Of a stretch of 64,000 nucleotides of DNA, positions 51,171 to 61,785 are shown piece by piece. This DNA comes from an uncultured archaeon. GTDB lineage: Archaea; Asgardarchaeota; Lokiarchaeia; Sigyniarchaeales; SOKP01. The notes below the pieces were generated by a model. The model was not told where the DNA came from. It saw only the letters and a program-made list of their open reading frames with translations, and did no database searches. Each line of letters begins with the position of its first letter. Position 1 is the stretch's first letter. The DNA lies in NCBI GenBank assembly GCA_964583985.1, contig CAZOYD010000013.1, positions 1 to 64,000 of the forward strand, in the 5' to 3' direction. The position numbers were made by a program, and so were the translations under genes.

Positions 51171-52039
51171 TTTCTCTTCTTTCCTTGTGGACAAACTTTA
51201 AGGCAATTAGAGCAGTAATTATTTGTTAACATGCTTTCGATACACTTGCTTCTATCAATATGAGTAATTATCTCGGCATCCTGACCCTTATGGATTGGTT
51301 TATCGTAAGTGGCTTTACCAACACAATTATCAATGCAGGCACCGCAAGACTCACAGAAACTTTCCATCTCACTAAAATCGCTTTCTTTAGTTTTTGGGAT
51401 ATCTGCATCGGTAGTAATTATACTCCATCTTTGACGTGGTCCGAATTCAGGAGTAACAATAAGACCATTCCTTCCCATATAACCTAAATTAGCTGCTTTA
51501 GCATGAGCTGTGAATAACAATTTGCCTCCAAATGGATGGTGTGCTTCAGTCCGATAACCTTGTTGTTGCAGATATTCCGTCAATTTAATAGTAATCTTTC
51601 CTAATTCATCGTACACTCTAAAAGATTCGATCCCACAATTTATACCTGGAGCGTCTTTAATCATGTTCCATTTCATTTCCATTCCAAGGACTATCGCATT
51701 TTTTCCAATGATAGGTAAATCTTTAAAGATATAACCTTCTTGTACAGGAACATATCCAATTAAATCTACACCATCATCAATTGCTCTTTCTTCGAAATCT
51801 TTCCAAAATTCAGGAGTAGTTTCTGTTTTTTCATTTTTTTCATTGTTATACTTAGTCTTATTAGCCAATTGGAATCCTTTAAAAGTTCCAGTTAAATATT
51901 TACTAAATTCTTTAGCAGTTTTTGGGTCCAATTTTTGCTGAGAATTCAATTTCATGGTAAATAGTTCCTGGGGAACTTTAAACACCAAATTCTCATTACA
52001 ACCAATAAATGTTGGCTCAGGTTTTTTCTTAACTTCCAT
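51167..52039 (-). CDS. Reductive dehalogenase / epoxyqueuosine reductase-like 4Fe-4S protein
   Basis: ANLGYMGRNGLIVTPEFGPR, FCESCGACIDNC, CSNCLKVCP. Confidence 0.75.
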   Translation of the reverse strand: MEVKKKPEPTFIGCNENLVFKVPQELFTMKLNSQQKLDPKTAKEFSKYLTGTFKGFQLANKTKYNNEKNEKTETTPEFWKDFEERAIDDGVDLIGYVPVQEGYIFKDLPIIGKNAIVLGMEMKWNMIKDAPGINCGIESFRVYDELGKITIKLTEYLQQQGYRTEAHHPFGGKLLFTAHAKAANLGYMGRNGLIVTPEFGPRQRWSIITTDADIPKTKESDFSEMESFCESCGACIDNCVGKATYDKPIHKGQDAEIITHIDRSKCIESMLTNNYCSNCLKVCPQGKKRN

Positions 52040-52116
52040 AATTTATTCATCTAGAAAATATAATAGCAAAATTTTAACTTGTTAAATAATATTAGAATAA
52101 CGAGATTAACAAGTCA

Positions 52117-55100
52117 TTGGTTTTAAAAATTAAGCAATTTAAATATCATTGTCCTTTTTGTGATAATCCATTATCATGGATTGGCTCCAAGTGCTTCAAT
52201 GTATATTGTCAAGGACAAGAATTTAATGTTGATAACTTAGTTACTTACAGGTTAAATCCAGAGTTGGGGATTGGACGAATCATAAAAAGGTTAGAAATTC
52301 CTGCTTCAAGATCTTTAGACGGTAAAGATTCGATTATAGATTTGAAATTTAAAGTACTATTTGAAAATAATCTAACTAAAATCTTATCTCCAATTGATCT
52401 TATTCATAACATATTCTCTACAAATAAGCGTATAATTACCAAGAAAGGAATAGGGGTAATTAATTCAAAAGAGTTTCACGTTAATAAAGGAAAAATTTCA
52501 TATGAGGTTCTATATTCTGATGGTAATTTGCAGCAAGTTGAAGAAAAGGAAATTTTATCACTATATCATAAATCGCTGAAAAAAATAATTGAACAACAGA
52601 CTTTTGATAACCCTAAATATTTTTTAATTAAGTATTGGGCTAATCTATTCCATTCATATTATATGTCTTACCAAATAAAATGCATAACTAATTCTCGTTT
52701 ATCACTAATGCCTCATCAGATTAATGTAGCTCACAGATTATCAGAGGAATATTTCCCACGTGTAATTTTAGCAGATGAAGTAGGTCTTGGGAAAACCATT
52801 GAAGCTGGAATTTATATAAAAGAAATGATGGCGCGAAATTTAGCAGAACGGATAATAATTATCGTTCCTGCTACATTGGTCAAGCAATGGCAGTTTGAGT
52901 TGTCCAATAAGTTCAATATTGATTTTAAGATCTACGATGGAAAGAAGACTAAAGAACTCCTTAAAAAAGGAGATTATAGAAAATCTAAATTATTCCAAAA
53001 TCCATTCTATTATGATAATCTTATTATATGCTCATTACAATTCGCTCGAAATCCTAAATATGCCGAACTATTAACACAAATTTCGTGGGATATAGCAATT
53101 TTTGATGAAGCCCATCATTTAAGGCGTTATGTTACGAACTTGAGCACCGGAAAATATCGAGAAACACTTAATTATGTGCTTGCTAGAAAAATTAGTGAAA
53201 ATTGTGAAAGTTTATTGCTTTTAACTGCAACTCCTCTGCAACTTCATTCATTTGATTTATATTCATTAATAGAATTAATTCAAGGAGAAGTATTTGAAAA
53301 TTTCTCTGATTTTGAGCATTTTCGTAAAAATATGCCTTTTATAAGTCTCCTTACTAATAATATCAATCATCTCGAGAAATTGAATAATTTTGAAATAAAA
53401 AATACGATTAAACTATTGAGAGATCTTGGTTATGTAGATAATAGACAAGAAGACTCAAGAATCCGTGCTTTAATAAAGAATGAGACATTTAAAACAAGCA
53501 TTTTAAAAAAAATAGAAAAAGATCACACTCTTTCAAAATTTCTCATCAGGAATCGAAAAAAGAACGTTTTTTTTGATGACTTTTTGAATGAAAGAGTGGT
53601 TAGAACTATTATGGTACATCCTACTACGCAAGAATTAGAGATTTATAATGAAATTCGCCTTTATCTCGCTAAAATCTATAATTCTTCAATTAATAAGGCA
53701 AATGTAGGAATTGGATTTGTAGTATCTACACTCCAAAAGTTATTGACAAGTTCCAAGCATGCATTTATGAAGAGTATTGAACGCCGATTAGAACAAATCG
53801 AACGATCTAAAAGTTTACTTTCTCAAATTGATGACCTAATTGAAGAAGAACCAGAGTTTTTCGAATCAGAATTTGAAGATGAGTACATAGATTCTGAAAT
53901 AATAAATTCATTTGGGAAATCAAGAAAAAAAAAAGAAGAAACACCTGCCTTAGATCTTGTTAATCAAGAAAAAATGTTGAAGGAATTCTATGATCGCCTG
54001 AAAATAATCCCTTATGATTCTAAGATTGAAAAATTACTTGAATTAATGAATCATATTCGCGTTCAAAATAATAGAGAAAAGGTTATTGTTTTTACTCAAT
54101 TCGTAGATACGTTGTTTTACATCAAAAAGTTATTAGAAAAGCAAGGTTATCAGGTTGGAACCTTCTATGGTGGGATGAATAAAGAAGAAAAAGATAGCGC
54201 TGTAGAACTTTTCAAGAATAGCGATAAATTTTTTGTTTTACTTTCTACTGAAATTGGAGGAGAAGGTCGAAATTTTCAATTTTGTAGAATCTTAATAAAT
54301 TATGATTTGCCTTGGAATCCCATGAAGCTTGAACAAAGAATAGGTCGCTTAGATAGAATTGGGCAACAATCCAAAGAAATTTATATCTATAATTTTTTCT
54401 TAGAAGATACAATCGAAACCGATATTATATTTGTACTCGATAAGCGTATTAATTTATTTAAAGAGTCTATAGGGCAATTAGAACCCATAATTGGAAATAT
54501 AGAGAAAGATTTAAAGAATTTGATATTCACAACTGAAACAGAAAAAAGAAGAAAGCTGAATGAATTCACTCGTAAACTAGATTCTGAGGTAAGAAAGGCA
54601 CAAGAGATAGAAATGCAGCTAGATGATTTAATGATAGATAAAAAATCATTTAAAGTTGATAACCTTATAACTTCTGCAGCAGCGTGTGAGGAAGTCAAAC
54701 TCAGCCATAATGAATTATTCTTACTCATGAAATATTTTTTCAATCTTGAAGATAATAGATATGGGTCTATAATCAATAATGATGGAAATAAACAAGATTT
54801 AACTTTCAAAAATGAGGTAATTGTTCAACTCTCTAACAAAATATTTAAAAACCCGAACTATAGATTCAAAAAAGATCATTATTTTGGAACTTTTGATTTA
54901 AATATTGCAAGAGAAAAAGAAGAAATCGACTTTTTTGCTCTTGGTCATCCATTGATTAATAATATTCTGGAATTTTGCATTTCAAAGCTATTTAAAGGAC
55001 AATTTTCGGTTTTACATTTAAAAAAATCCCAAATTCCTAAAAAGCTAAATACAAAATTAAATGATGTTGATGAATTATATTTATTTCTCTTTAACGTGAA

Positions 55101-55716
55101 ATTTCAAGGATATATTATTGAAAAACAATATGTGGGAATAATTGTTGATAAGAATGGGAATGAAATCGAAGCATTATCAGATTTTATATTAGATATTGAC
55201 AATTTTAATGATATATTTAATTTCAAAATTGGATTAGGATCTAAAATACATGTGCGTGTAGATAATATTAATGAACTCCGTGAGAAAGCTAAAAGTACGG
55301 TAAAATTGAAGACTTCACAATGGAAACGCGAGATAAAAGAATTAAACAATAAAATTTTTAATATTGAAAAGAATAAAAAACAGCGGATTCATAACTATAA
55401 ACTCAGAATGTTAAATTTTAAACTTGAATCACTTAAGATTAAATTAGAAAAGAAAAAATCACAACTTCCTTCTAAACGACAAATGCAAAATATCCACAAT
55501 ATGGGTGATGAAGGAGAAAAACAAGAAAGATTAAGAAAAATAAAATTAGTAGAAGAAGATATTATTATTTTAAATAGTGATATCAATCAAGCAAAAAGAA
55601 TTTTGGATGATCTTGAATTTGATTATCAAGATCTTCAAAAGGATATGGAAAAAAGAAATTTAGCTAAATTTTATACAAATATCGACGCATTAGCTGTAAT
55701 TCGTTTTGATTCTTGA
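52117..55716 (+). CDS. SNF2-family helicase/ATPase, RapA-like
   Basis: LMPHQ, ILADEVGLGKTIEAG, DEAHH, LLLTATP, STEIGGEGRNFQ, NYDLPWNPMKLEQRIGRLDRIGQ; N-terminal CxxC...CxxxxC. Confidence 0.92.
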   Translation: MVLKIKQFKYHCPFCDNPLSWIGSKCFNVYCQGQEFNVDNLVTYRLNPELGIGRIIKRLEIPASRSLDGKDSIIDLKFKVLFENNLTKILSPIDLIHNIFSTNKRIITKKGIGVINSKEFHVNKGKISYEVLYSDGNLQQVEEKEILSLYHKSLKKIIEQQTFDNPKYFLIKYWANLFHSYYMSYQIKCITNSRLSLMPHQINVAHRLSEEYFPRVILADEVGLGKTIEAGIYIKEMMARNLAERIIIIVPATLVKQWQFELSNKFNIDFKIYDGKKTKELLKKGDYRKSKLFQNPFYYDNLIICSLQFARNPKYAELLTQISWDIAIFDEAHHLRRYVTNLSTGKYRETLNYVLARKISENCESLLLLTATPLQLHSFDLYSLIELIQGEVFENFSDFEHFRKNMPFISLLTNNINHLEKLNNFEIKNTIKLLRDLGYVDNRQEDSRIRALIKNETFKTSILKKIEKDHTLSKFLIRNRKKNVFFDDFLNERVVRTIMVHPTTQELEIYNEIRLYLAKIYNSSINKANVGIGFVVSTLQKLLTSSKHAFMKSIERRLEQIERSKSLLSQIDDLIEEEPEFFESEFEDEYIDSEIINSFGKSRKKKEETPALDLVNQEKMLKEFYDRLKIIPYDSKIEKLLELMNHIRVQNNREKVIVFTQFVDTLFYIKKLLEKQGYQVGTFYGGMNKEEKDSAVELFKNSDKFFVLLSTEIGGEGRNFQFCRILINYDLPWNPMKLEQRIGRLDRIGQQSKEIYIYNFFLEDTIETDIIFVLDKRINLFKESIGQLEPIIGNIEKDLKNLIFTTETEKRRKLNEFTRKLDSEVRKAQEIEMQLDDLMIDKKSFKVDNLITSAAACEEVKLSHNELFLLMKYFFNLEDNRYGSIINNDGNKQDLTFKNEVIVQLSNKIFKNPNYRFKKDHYFGTFDLNIAREKEEIDFFALGHPLINNILEFCISKLFKGQFSVLHLKKSQIPKKLNTKLNDVDELYLFLFNVKFQGYIIEKQYVGIIVDKNGNEIEALSDFILDIDNFNDIFNFKIGLGSKIHVRVDNINELREKAKSTVKLKTSQWKREIKELNNKIFNIEKNKKQRIHNYKLRMLNFKLESLKIKLEKKKSQLPSKRQMQNIHNMGDEGEKQERLRKIKLVEEDIIILNSDINQAKRILDDLEFDYQDLQKDMEKRNLAKFYTNIDALAVIRFDS

Positions 55717-55781
55717 TTGTATTTTGTTTTTGCATTGCAAAAATTTATTTTTTATAAAAAAAAGAGAAAAACTAATAATTC

Positions 55782-55937
55782 TTACTTTTCACGCTCAAAA
55801 ATCCAATATACTCCCGTTGTATTGAATCGAAATTCCCAACCTTTTTCTGTCATTTCATTTAAAAGATTTTCCATATTTTTAGCAACTTTATCTGGATTCA
55901 TACCTAGTTTTAAAAATTCGACTTTATATTCTTTCAT
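55782..55937 (-). CDS. Small DUF4177-like protein (51 aa), not in the ORF track
   Basis: MKEYKVEFLKLGMNPDKVAKNMENLLNEMTEKGWEFRFNTTGVYWIFEREK*, with the EYK...LN...GWE...F.R pattern and a GGTG RBS. Confidence 0.75.
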   Translation of the reverse strand: MKEYKVEFLKLGMNPDKVAKNMENLLNEMTEKGWEFRFNTTGVYWIFEREK

Positions 55938-56127
55938 TCAACACCAACACTTTTTTAAACTCATTTAATAAGGATATAATGATAAATATTATGTATGTAG
56001 TAATTTAGACTTAATTACTTTTTTATTCCTTTTTTATTCCTTTTTTAATCTTGAAATATAGATTTATATTTCTCAAAATCAAATATATTCACAATAATTT
56101 TATTTTAAATTTTTAAAGGCGTAAAAA

Positions 56128-57882
56128 ATGTCAGAACCTAAATGGTATGTGGATGATAATAAACCTTGGTTTAAAAAGTATCAAAAAGGTGTTCCCAAAC
56201 ATCCCGTATTTCCTGTAATAAGCTTAGGTGATTGGTTTGATCAGAAAACCGAAGAATTTGCAAAGAACAAATGCATGTGGTTTTCAAAAACATTCATGAA
56301 TTATAGAATGTTACGTAAGTATACTGATTCTCTGGCTACATCATTATCTCGAAAGGGTGTAAAGAAAGGGGATGTTGTAGCAATCCTGCTACCCAATAGT
56401 TTCCAATTTACGATATCTTATTTTGCCATTGTCAAGCTGGGAGGGATTGTAATCCCCATAAATCCAACATATAAACCAATAGAAATCCTTCACGTTCTAG
56501 ACCAGGTGAAGCCAAAAGGATTGATTTGCATGGATGTCATGTATGGACTTATTAAACCCATACAAGAGAAATATAAATTTGATTTTATAATTTCTACCTG
56601 TATTGTTGATTTAGCCGCGATTCCCCCTGGGATTAAGGAACAATTAGTAGCTGATGGGACTATTCCCTCAGGGGATGTTCCTGGAGCTATAAATTTCCTT
56701 GATGTCTGCCAAAAGCGTGGTGAAATTGACATTCCTAAAGTTGAAATTGATCCTCTAAATGATACTGCGGTTTATTTAATGACGGGAGGAACGACAGGTG
56801 TTCCCAAACCAGCTATTATTACTCATTACAATTGTGTAACTAATGCTAAGCAAAATTTTATGTGGATGCCGGATGCTGCTCATCCAATGGCATGTATCGG
56901 AATTTTACCAATGTTTCATGCATTTGGAATGACCATTGTTCAGAATGTCGTAATAGAAGGAGGAGACTATAATATTCTGTTTCCACGCCCACCAGAAGGT
57001 TTAAAAGATGTTGTTGATACAATCCTAGAAGTAGGACCTGAAAAAGGTGTTATTTTGCCAGGAGTTGAAAATCTCTTCATTGGGTTAACACGCTATTTAA
57101 AAGAAAATCCAGAACCTCGACTCCAAAATATGTTTCGATTATGTGTAAGTGGTGCTGGACCATTACATAAACCCGTGAAGGATGCTTTTGAAGCAATAAG
57201 TGGAGGTAAATTAGTCGAAGCTTATGGTTTAACTGAATGTACAACAGCGGTAAGTGCAGGACCTTTTGATGGAACAGATACTCCAGGTACAATCGGGTTA
57301 CCGTTTCCAGGTGTTGAATGGGCAATATTTGACTCAGAAGATTTCGCTAAGGGTCCATTGGAAGGCTATGGTATAGATTTTACTGGAGAAATAGCAATAT
57401 GCGGTCCACAAGTAATGAAAGGTTATTTGAATAGACCTAAAGCTACTGCAGAAACTTTAAGAGAATGGAAAGGGCGATTGTGGTGTTTAACGGGAGATCT
57501 TGGATACATGGATGAACATGGACAAATGGTTATTAGAGATAGAAAGAAACAAATGATCAAGTATAAGGGATATTCCGTTTTTCCAAAAGAAGTAGAAGAA
57601 TTATTAGGGTCTCACCCTGATGTAATGGAAGTCGCAGTAGCTGGCCTTCCAGATGTAGAGACTGGAGAAATTGTGAAAGCTTGGGTGCAATTAAAGGAAA
57701 ATTCAAGTGTTACATCAGAAAGTTTAATCATTTGGTGCAAAGAAAACATGACTCATTATAAATGCCCTAAGCATGTGGAAATAGTTGAAGAAATTCCAAA
57801 ATCGATGGTCGGAAAAGTACAAAGAAGACAGTTACAAATTAACGATCCAATTTGGAAAGCTATGTATGGAGATTTACAATAA
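56128..57882 (+). CDS. Long-chain fatty acid-CoA ligase (AMP-binding family)
   Basis: MTGGTTGVPK, EAYGLTE, TGDLG, DRKK, PKSMVGK. Confidence 0.92.
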   Translation: MSEPKWYVDDNKPWFKKYQKGVPKHPVFPVISLGDWFDQKTEEFAKNKCMWFSKTFMNYRMLRKYTDSLATSLSRKGVKKGDVVAILLPNSFQFTISYFAIVKLGGIVIPINPTYKPIEILHVLDQVKPKGLICMDVMYGLIKPIQEKYKFDFIISTCIVDLAAIPPGIKEQLVADGTIPSGDVPGAINFLDVCQKRGEIDIPKVEIDPLNDTAVYLMTGGTTGVPKPAIITHYNCVTNAKQNFMWMPDAAHPMACIGILPMFHAFGMTIVQNVVIEGGDYNILFPRPPEGLKDVVDTILEVGPEKGVILPGVENLFIGLTRYLKENPEPRLQNMFRLCVSGAGPLHKPVKDAFEAISGGKLVEAYGLTECTTAVSAGPFDGTDTPGTIGLPFPGVEWAIFDSEDFAKGPLEGYGIDFTGEIAICGPQVMKGYLNRPKATAETLREWKGRLWCLTGDLGYMDEHGQMVIRDRKKQMIKYKGYSVFPKEVEELLGSHPDVMEVAVAGLPDVETGEIVKAWVQLKENSSVTSESLIIWCKENMTHYKCPKHVEIVEEIPKSMVGKVQRRQLQINDPIWKAMYGDLQ

Positions 57883-58002
57883 TATAATATATAATATTCT
57901 TTTTTTTTCTATCCTGTTTGCAAAAGCAATCAACTTCTCTCTTTTTTGACACTTTTAACTTGTTTAATAAACTTTAAATGAGACCAGCTTTAATTTTTTT
58001 TT

Positions 58003-58686
58003 ATGAGTGATCGAGGAGAAAATAGCTTTATCAAATTTCCTAAATTTGCTGCTAAGTTATATGATTCAATGATGAAAAAAGATGCAATGAAATTACAGCG
58101 GATTCAGATTGCAGAAGAATTAATCCACTATATTGATGAAGGAAGATTACTTGATATTGGAACGGGACATGGAAGATTATTGATAGAAGTATTTGAAAAA
58201 AATCCTAAAATTGAATTATATGGATTAGATGTATCAGAAAAAATGATTGAATTAGCCAAAATAAATCTTAAAGATATACATGTTAATTTAAAGCAAGGAA
58301 ATATTACTAAAACTAATTTTGAAGATGATTACTTTGACCTTATTACATGTACAGGAAGTTTTTATCTCTGGAATTCTCCTATAGAAGCATTAAATGAGAT
58401 TTATCGTATTTTAAAACCTCAGAAACAAGTCATCCTATTCGAATCTCATAAGGAATACAATAAGGAGGAATTAGATGAAGCTATTAAAAAAAACTTACAA
58501 AAAGAAAGCTTTTTTAACAAAAAATTAATCCCACGCTTTTTAAAAAAGCAATTAAAGATGACTTATGAAATTACTGAATTAAAAGAAATCATTAATAAAT
58601 CATCTTTTAAAGGAAATTTCTCAATTAATAAAATTACTTTAGCTAATTTACCCATATGGTTGAAGATAGAACTAAAAAAGGATTAA
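58003..58686 (+). CDS. Class I SAM-dependent methyltransferase
   Basis: LLDIGTGHG, GLDVS, EIYRILKP. Confidence 0.9.
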   Translation: MSDRGENSFIKFPKFAAKLYDSMMKKDAMKLQRIQIAEELIHYIDEGRLLDIGTGHGRLLIEVFEKNPKIELYGLDVSEKMIELAKINLKDIHVNLKQGNITKTNFEDDYFDLITCTGSFYLWNSPIEALNEIYRILKPQKQVILFESHKEYNKEELDEAIKKNLQKESFFNKKLIPRFLKKQLKMTYEITELKEIINKSSFKGNFSINKITLANLPIWLKIELKKD

Positions 58687-58695
58687 AATACAAAT

Positions 58696-59226
58696 GTGAA
58701 GATAATGTCAAAAAAAACACCTAATTTTGAGTTTATTGAAAATGAGATAAGAAAAAAGACTTATGGTATATTAAGTACTGTTGATCAGAATGGGAATTCA
58801 CATTCCACGAGCATTTTATATGCTGTATCCCCACCCGAATCAAAATTTGCGCTTTACATTTTGACTGAAAAGCGCTATAAAAAAGTAAAAAATGTGGAAA
58901 ATAACCACTCTGTTTCTTTCGTAATTCCTTTCCCTCATCATTTTTTACGATTCGTTCCTGCTAATTGCGTTCAATTTCAAGGAAATGCAGAAATCATACC
59001 ATATAATAATTCTGAAGCACAAGAAGCATTCCTTCAAGGTTCAAGGATCCTTAAAATGAATATTAATCAAGTAGGCAAGATAAATCCTGAAAATGAGGAT
59101 CCTGTTTTCATCAAAATCCTACCAAATAAAAAAATGTTTTGTTATGGAGTAGGTTTAAATATAATGGAACTCCGAAAGGATATTGAAAGTGGGAGTTATT
59201 TTGTATTAATCCCTCCGGACAGATAA
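58696..59226 (+). CDS. Pyridoxamine 5'-phosphate oxidase-like (split-barrel) protein
   Basis: GILSTV...H, KKVKNVENNHSVSF, VQFQGNAEI. Confidence 0.8.
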   Translation: MKIMSKKTPNFEFIENEIRKKTYGILSTVDQNGNSHSTSILYAVSPPESKFALYILTEKRYKKVKNVENNHSVSFVIPFPHHFLRFVPANCVQFQGNAEIIPYNNSEAQEAFLQGSRILKMNINQVGKINPENEDPVFIKILPNKKMFCYGVGLNIMELRKDIESGSYFVLIPPDR

Positions 59227-59357
59227 TTATAACGTGTTTCGATCTCATGGAAAAGAAAAGCATTAGCAAATAACACAAATATAATATCTAGCTTTTAGCT
59301 CAAAGAGTTAATAAGGATAATAAATAAGAAAAAACAAAAAAAAATTTAATAGAATTT

Positions 59358-60593
59358 TTATTTTGATGATATCACAAATTTATGATACAAGTACAATCCT
59401 ATGAGCGTAAATATCGTAATATAAAATATTATGCCAGCAATATAAATTGGAGGTGCAAAATCTCCAGTTAATAACGTATTTTTGAAAATTACATATGAAT
59501 AAGTGAATGGAACCCATTGTATAATTGATTGGAGGATTGGATTAAATAATTGAATATCCATAAACCCACCGCATAAGAATAATGTTGATATTGCAATAAA
59601 TGCGGCAGTAGGAACCGTGAGCACTTGATCTGGGATTAGTGCTCCTATCATTGAACCGAATAAAGCACCTATTAATGCAGTTATAAATATAGACAATATA
59701 AAGCCAAATATATCAATTGGGAATGGAAGTCCAATCCATAAAAAGACAACTACAGCGCCAATTGTAAAATTTATGCCAATGGTTAAAATTATCGTAGCAC
59801 TTATCTTTCCAAAAAAAGTTATACATTGATTTTTTGAAGATGCTAATGCTAATTCTTGTTTCATCTGATCAGTTTTCTCATTAAAAATGAAAGATGCAGC
59901 AATAATCATTGAGGACGTTAAGCATAAATACACCAGAGCACCTGACCCTATGGTCCACATTCGTGGAAAGGTGATACGGTTTGGATCGGCGCTTAAATAC
60001 ACGTATTTAACTTCGGTTTCATTAGGTAATACCTCATCATAATACGCTTTCAATTTCCTTTGAAATCCAAAATAAATATTTTTTAAATAATCCTCATGTA
60101 TGTTTAGCAATTGCAGTTTAATTGTGATACTTCCATTAGTCCAAGTTCCATTTTTTACTTGGCTGATAATGGTGTTAAAATGCAGGGGCAATGTCACGAT
60201 TAATGACAGTTCCTGTAATTTCAATTTCTCTTCAAATTCATCTACTGATATACCTAGTGCACTGATATGACTTTTTACAATTGTTTGCCCGACAACACTA
60301 TTATTGTTTAAATAATCCAAAAATTGTGCCGTATTTGGGATCTCATTAGACTCAAGTGCATTATGCAACTCGTCATTCGAATTATAATCTGGAATGACTA
60401 CTGCCATTGGAAAATTGAAGTTGATTGCTCCAAAGATCATGTTCATGAAAGCTAGATATATTAACGGAAAAAGAATGCATATAATCAAAATTGTACGTGT
60501 TGGTCCCCTAATTATAACTCGGATATTTTTCATGGTTTCGTTTAAGAAAAGCCTAATAGCTTTTCTTGTACTATTCCATCTTTGTGAATTCAC
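59358..60593 (-). CDS. ABC-2 exporter permease
   Basis: 1+5 TM topology; in an operon with the ABC ATPase. Confidence 0.85.
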   Translation of the reverse strand: MNSQRWNSTRKAIRLFLNETMKNIRVIIRGPTRTILIICILFPLIYLAFMNMIFGAINFNFPMAVVIPDYNSNDELHNALESNEIPNTAQFLDYLNNNSVVGQTIVKSHISALGISVDEFEEKLKLQELSLIVTLPLHFNTIISQVKNGTWTNGSITIKLQLLNIHEDYLKNIYFGFQRKLKAYYDEVLPNETEVKYVYLSADPNRITFPRMWTIGSGALVYLCLTSSMIIAASFIFNEKTDQMKQELALASSKNQCITFFGKISATIILTIGINFTIGAVVVFLWIGLPFPIDIFGFILSIFITALIGALFGSMIGALIPDQVLTVPTAAFIAISTLFLCGGFMDIQLFNPILQSIIQWVPFTYSYVIFKNTLLTGDFAPPIYIAGIIFYITIFTLIGLYLYHKFVISSK

Positions 60594-61780
60594 GATCTAA
60601 AACCCTCCTTAGAAATTAAATACCATGAAATCAAGGTGATTATTACGCTCCATACAATTAAAATCCCTAATCGGGGTATTACATAAGTGAGTGATGGATA
60701 TAGTGTTTCTGCAACCAATATTTCTGTCCAATAAGTAGCAGGAATAAATCTTGAGAACAATTCAACATTTTCACCAAGTATGCTCAAGGGTGCGAAACCA
60801 CCTGTAAAAAACCAAAGAAGCATCGAAGCGATAATGCAGACTAAAATTACTGGCATAGTACGTTTAAATTTTAATCCTATCAAACAACCTATCCCAGAAT
60901 GTATCCAAGTAGTAAGGATAAATGAGATAATAACAATAGATAAATCTCCTCGAAATTCGATATGAAAAATCAAGAATAAAAGAATGGATAGTATTAAGAT
61001 AACTATTCCTCCGAGAACTACCGAAATCAATTGTTTTGAAGCCATATATGCAGTCCGTCGAACGGGACTGTTAGAAATCTCAATTATGGTGGAATCTTCG
61101 TATTCTTTTGCAATATTTAATGCTCCAAACACCATGCCACAAATAATTCCATACATGGCTATAATACCCAAAGTAATACCTTTTGCATTATTCACTGATT
61201 GATCGATGACGTATGTCTTTTCCAGATTCACAGCAAATAAATCTACCGAACCTACTGAAACATGTACTTCTTCATTAAATGTGAGGACTGCTTCATCTAA
61301 ACGTTGCATGTAATTTTTTACATAGTCATTATTAATATTTTGTACTATCAAGTAAACCATCCCTTTTTGATCTGGGATTACAGAGGTTACGTTTGCTTGA
61401 AAACCAGAAGGTATGTAAATTAGTCCTAAATACGTAAAATCTTGCAATAACACTATTGCCTCATCATATGTATCAATCTCTACTGTTGTAAACCAAGGTG
61501 CAAAATCACTACTAATATTAGATATGTAATTTACCATGATTTCAGAGAATTCAGATTTGTCATCATCAACCACGACAACTGTATATGTTTCGGGATTGCT
61601 TATTTGTAAAAATAAAGTAAACACGAATAACATGACAAGAGGCGGAATTACTCCTGAAAAGAAATACTTTTTTACTCTTTTAGTAGAAACTAAATCTTTC
61701 TTGAGAATTGTACGTAAATCCTGAAACCATTTCTTTATTGTCTGTGTTATTTTTTTACGATCCTCTAAGACAACACACAT
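60590..61780 (-). CDS. ABC-2 exporter permease
   Basis: VVVDDDKSEFS, IPSGF, FFTGGFAP, RFIPATY. Confidence 0.87.
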   Translation of the reverse strand: MCVVLEDRKKITQTIKKWFQDLRTILKKDLVSTKRVKKYFFSGVIPPLVMLFVFTLFLQISNPETYTVVVVDDDKSEFSEIMVNYISNISSDFAPWFTTVEIDTYDEAIVLLQDFTYLGLIYIPSGFQANVTSVIPDQKGMVYLIVQNINNDYVKNYMQRLDEAVLTFNEEVHVSVGSVDLFAVNLEKTYVIDQSVNNAKGITLGIIAMYGIICGMVFGALNIAKEYEDSTIIEISNSPVRRTAYMASKQLISVVLGGIVILILSILLFLIFHIEFRGDLSIVIISFILTTWIHSGIGCLIGLKFKRTMPVILVCIIASMLLWFFTGGFAPLSILGENVELFSRFIPATYWTEILVAETLYPSLTYVIPRLGILIVWSVIITLISWYLISKEGFRS

Positions 61781-61785
61781 AATAA

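Noticed and set aside
55938-55964. In-frame upstream MSLKKCWC-TGA before the DUF4177-like ORF as a possible new selenoprotein
   Set aside because: The domain begins naturally at the ATG after the TGA, the GGTG there is explained as an RBS, and I see no SECIS-like hairpin downstream.
55717-55968. 83-aa + strand ORF in the track
   Set aside because: It is the antisense shadow of the better-supported DUF4177-like gene and is low in complexity.
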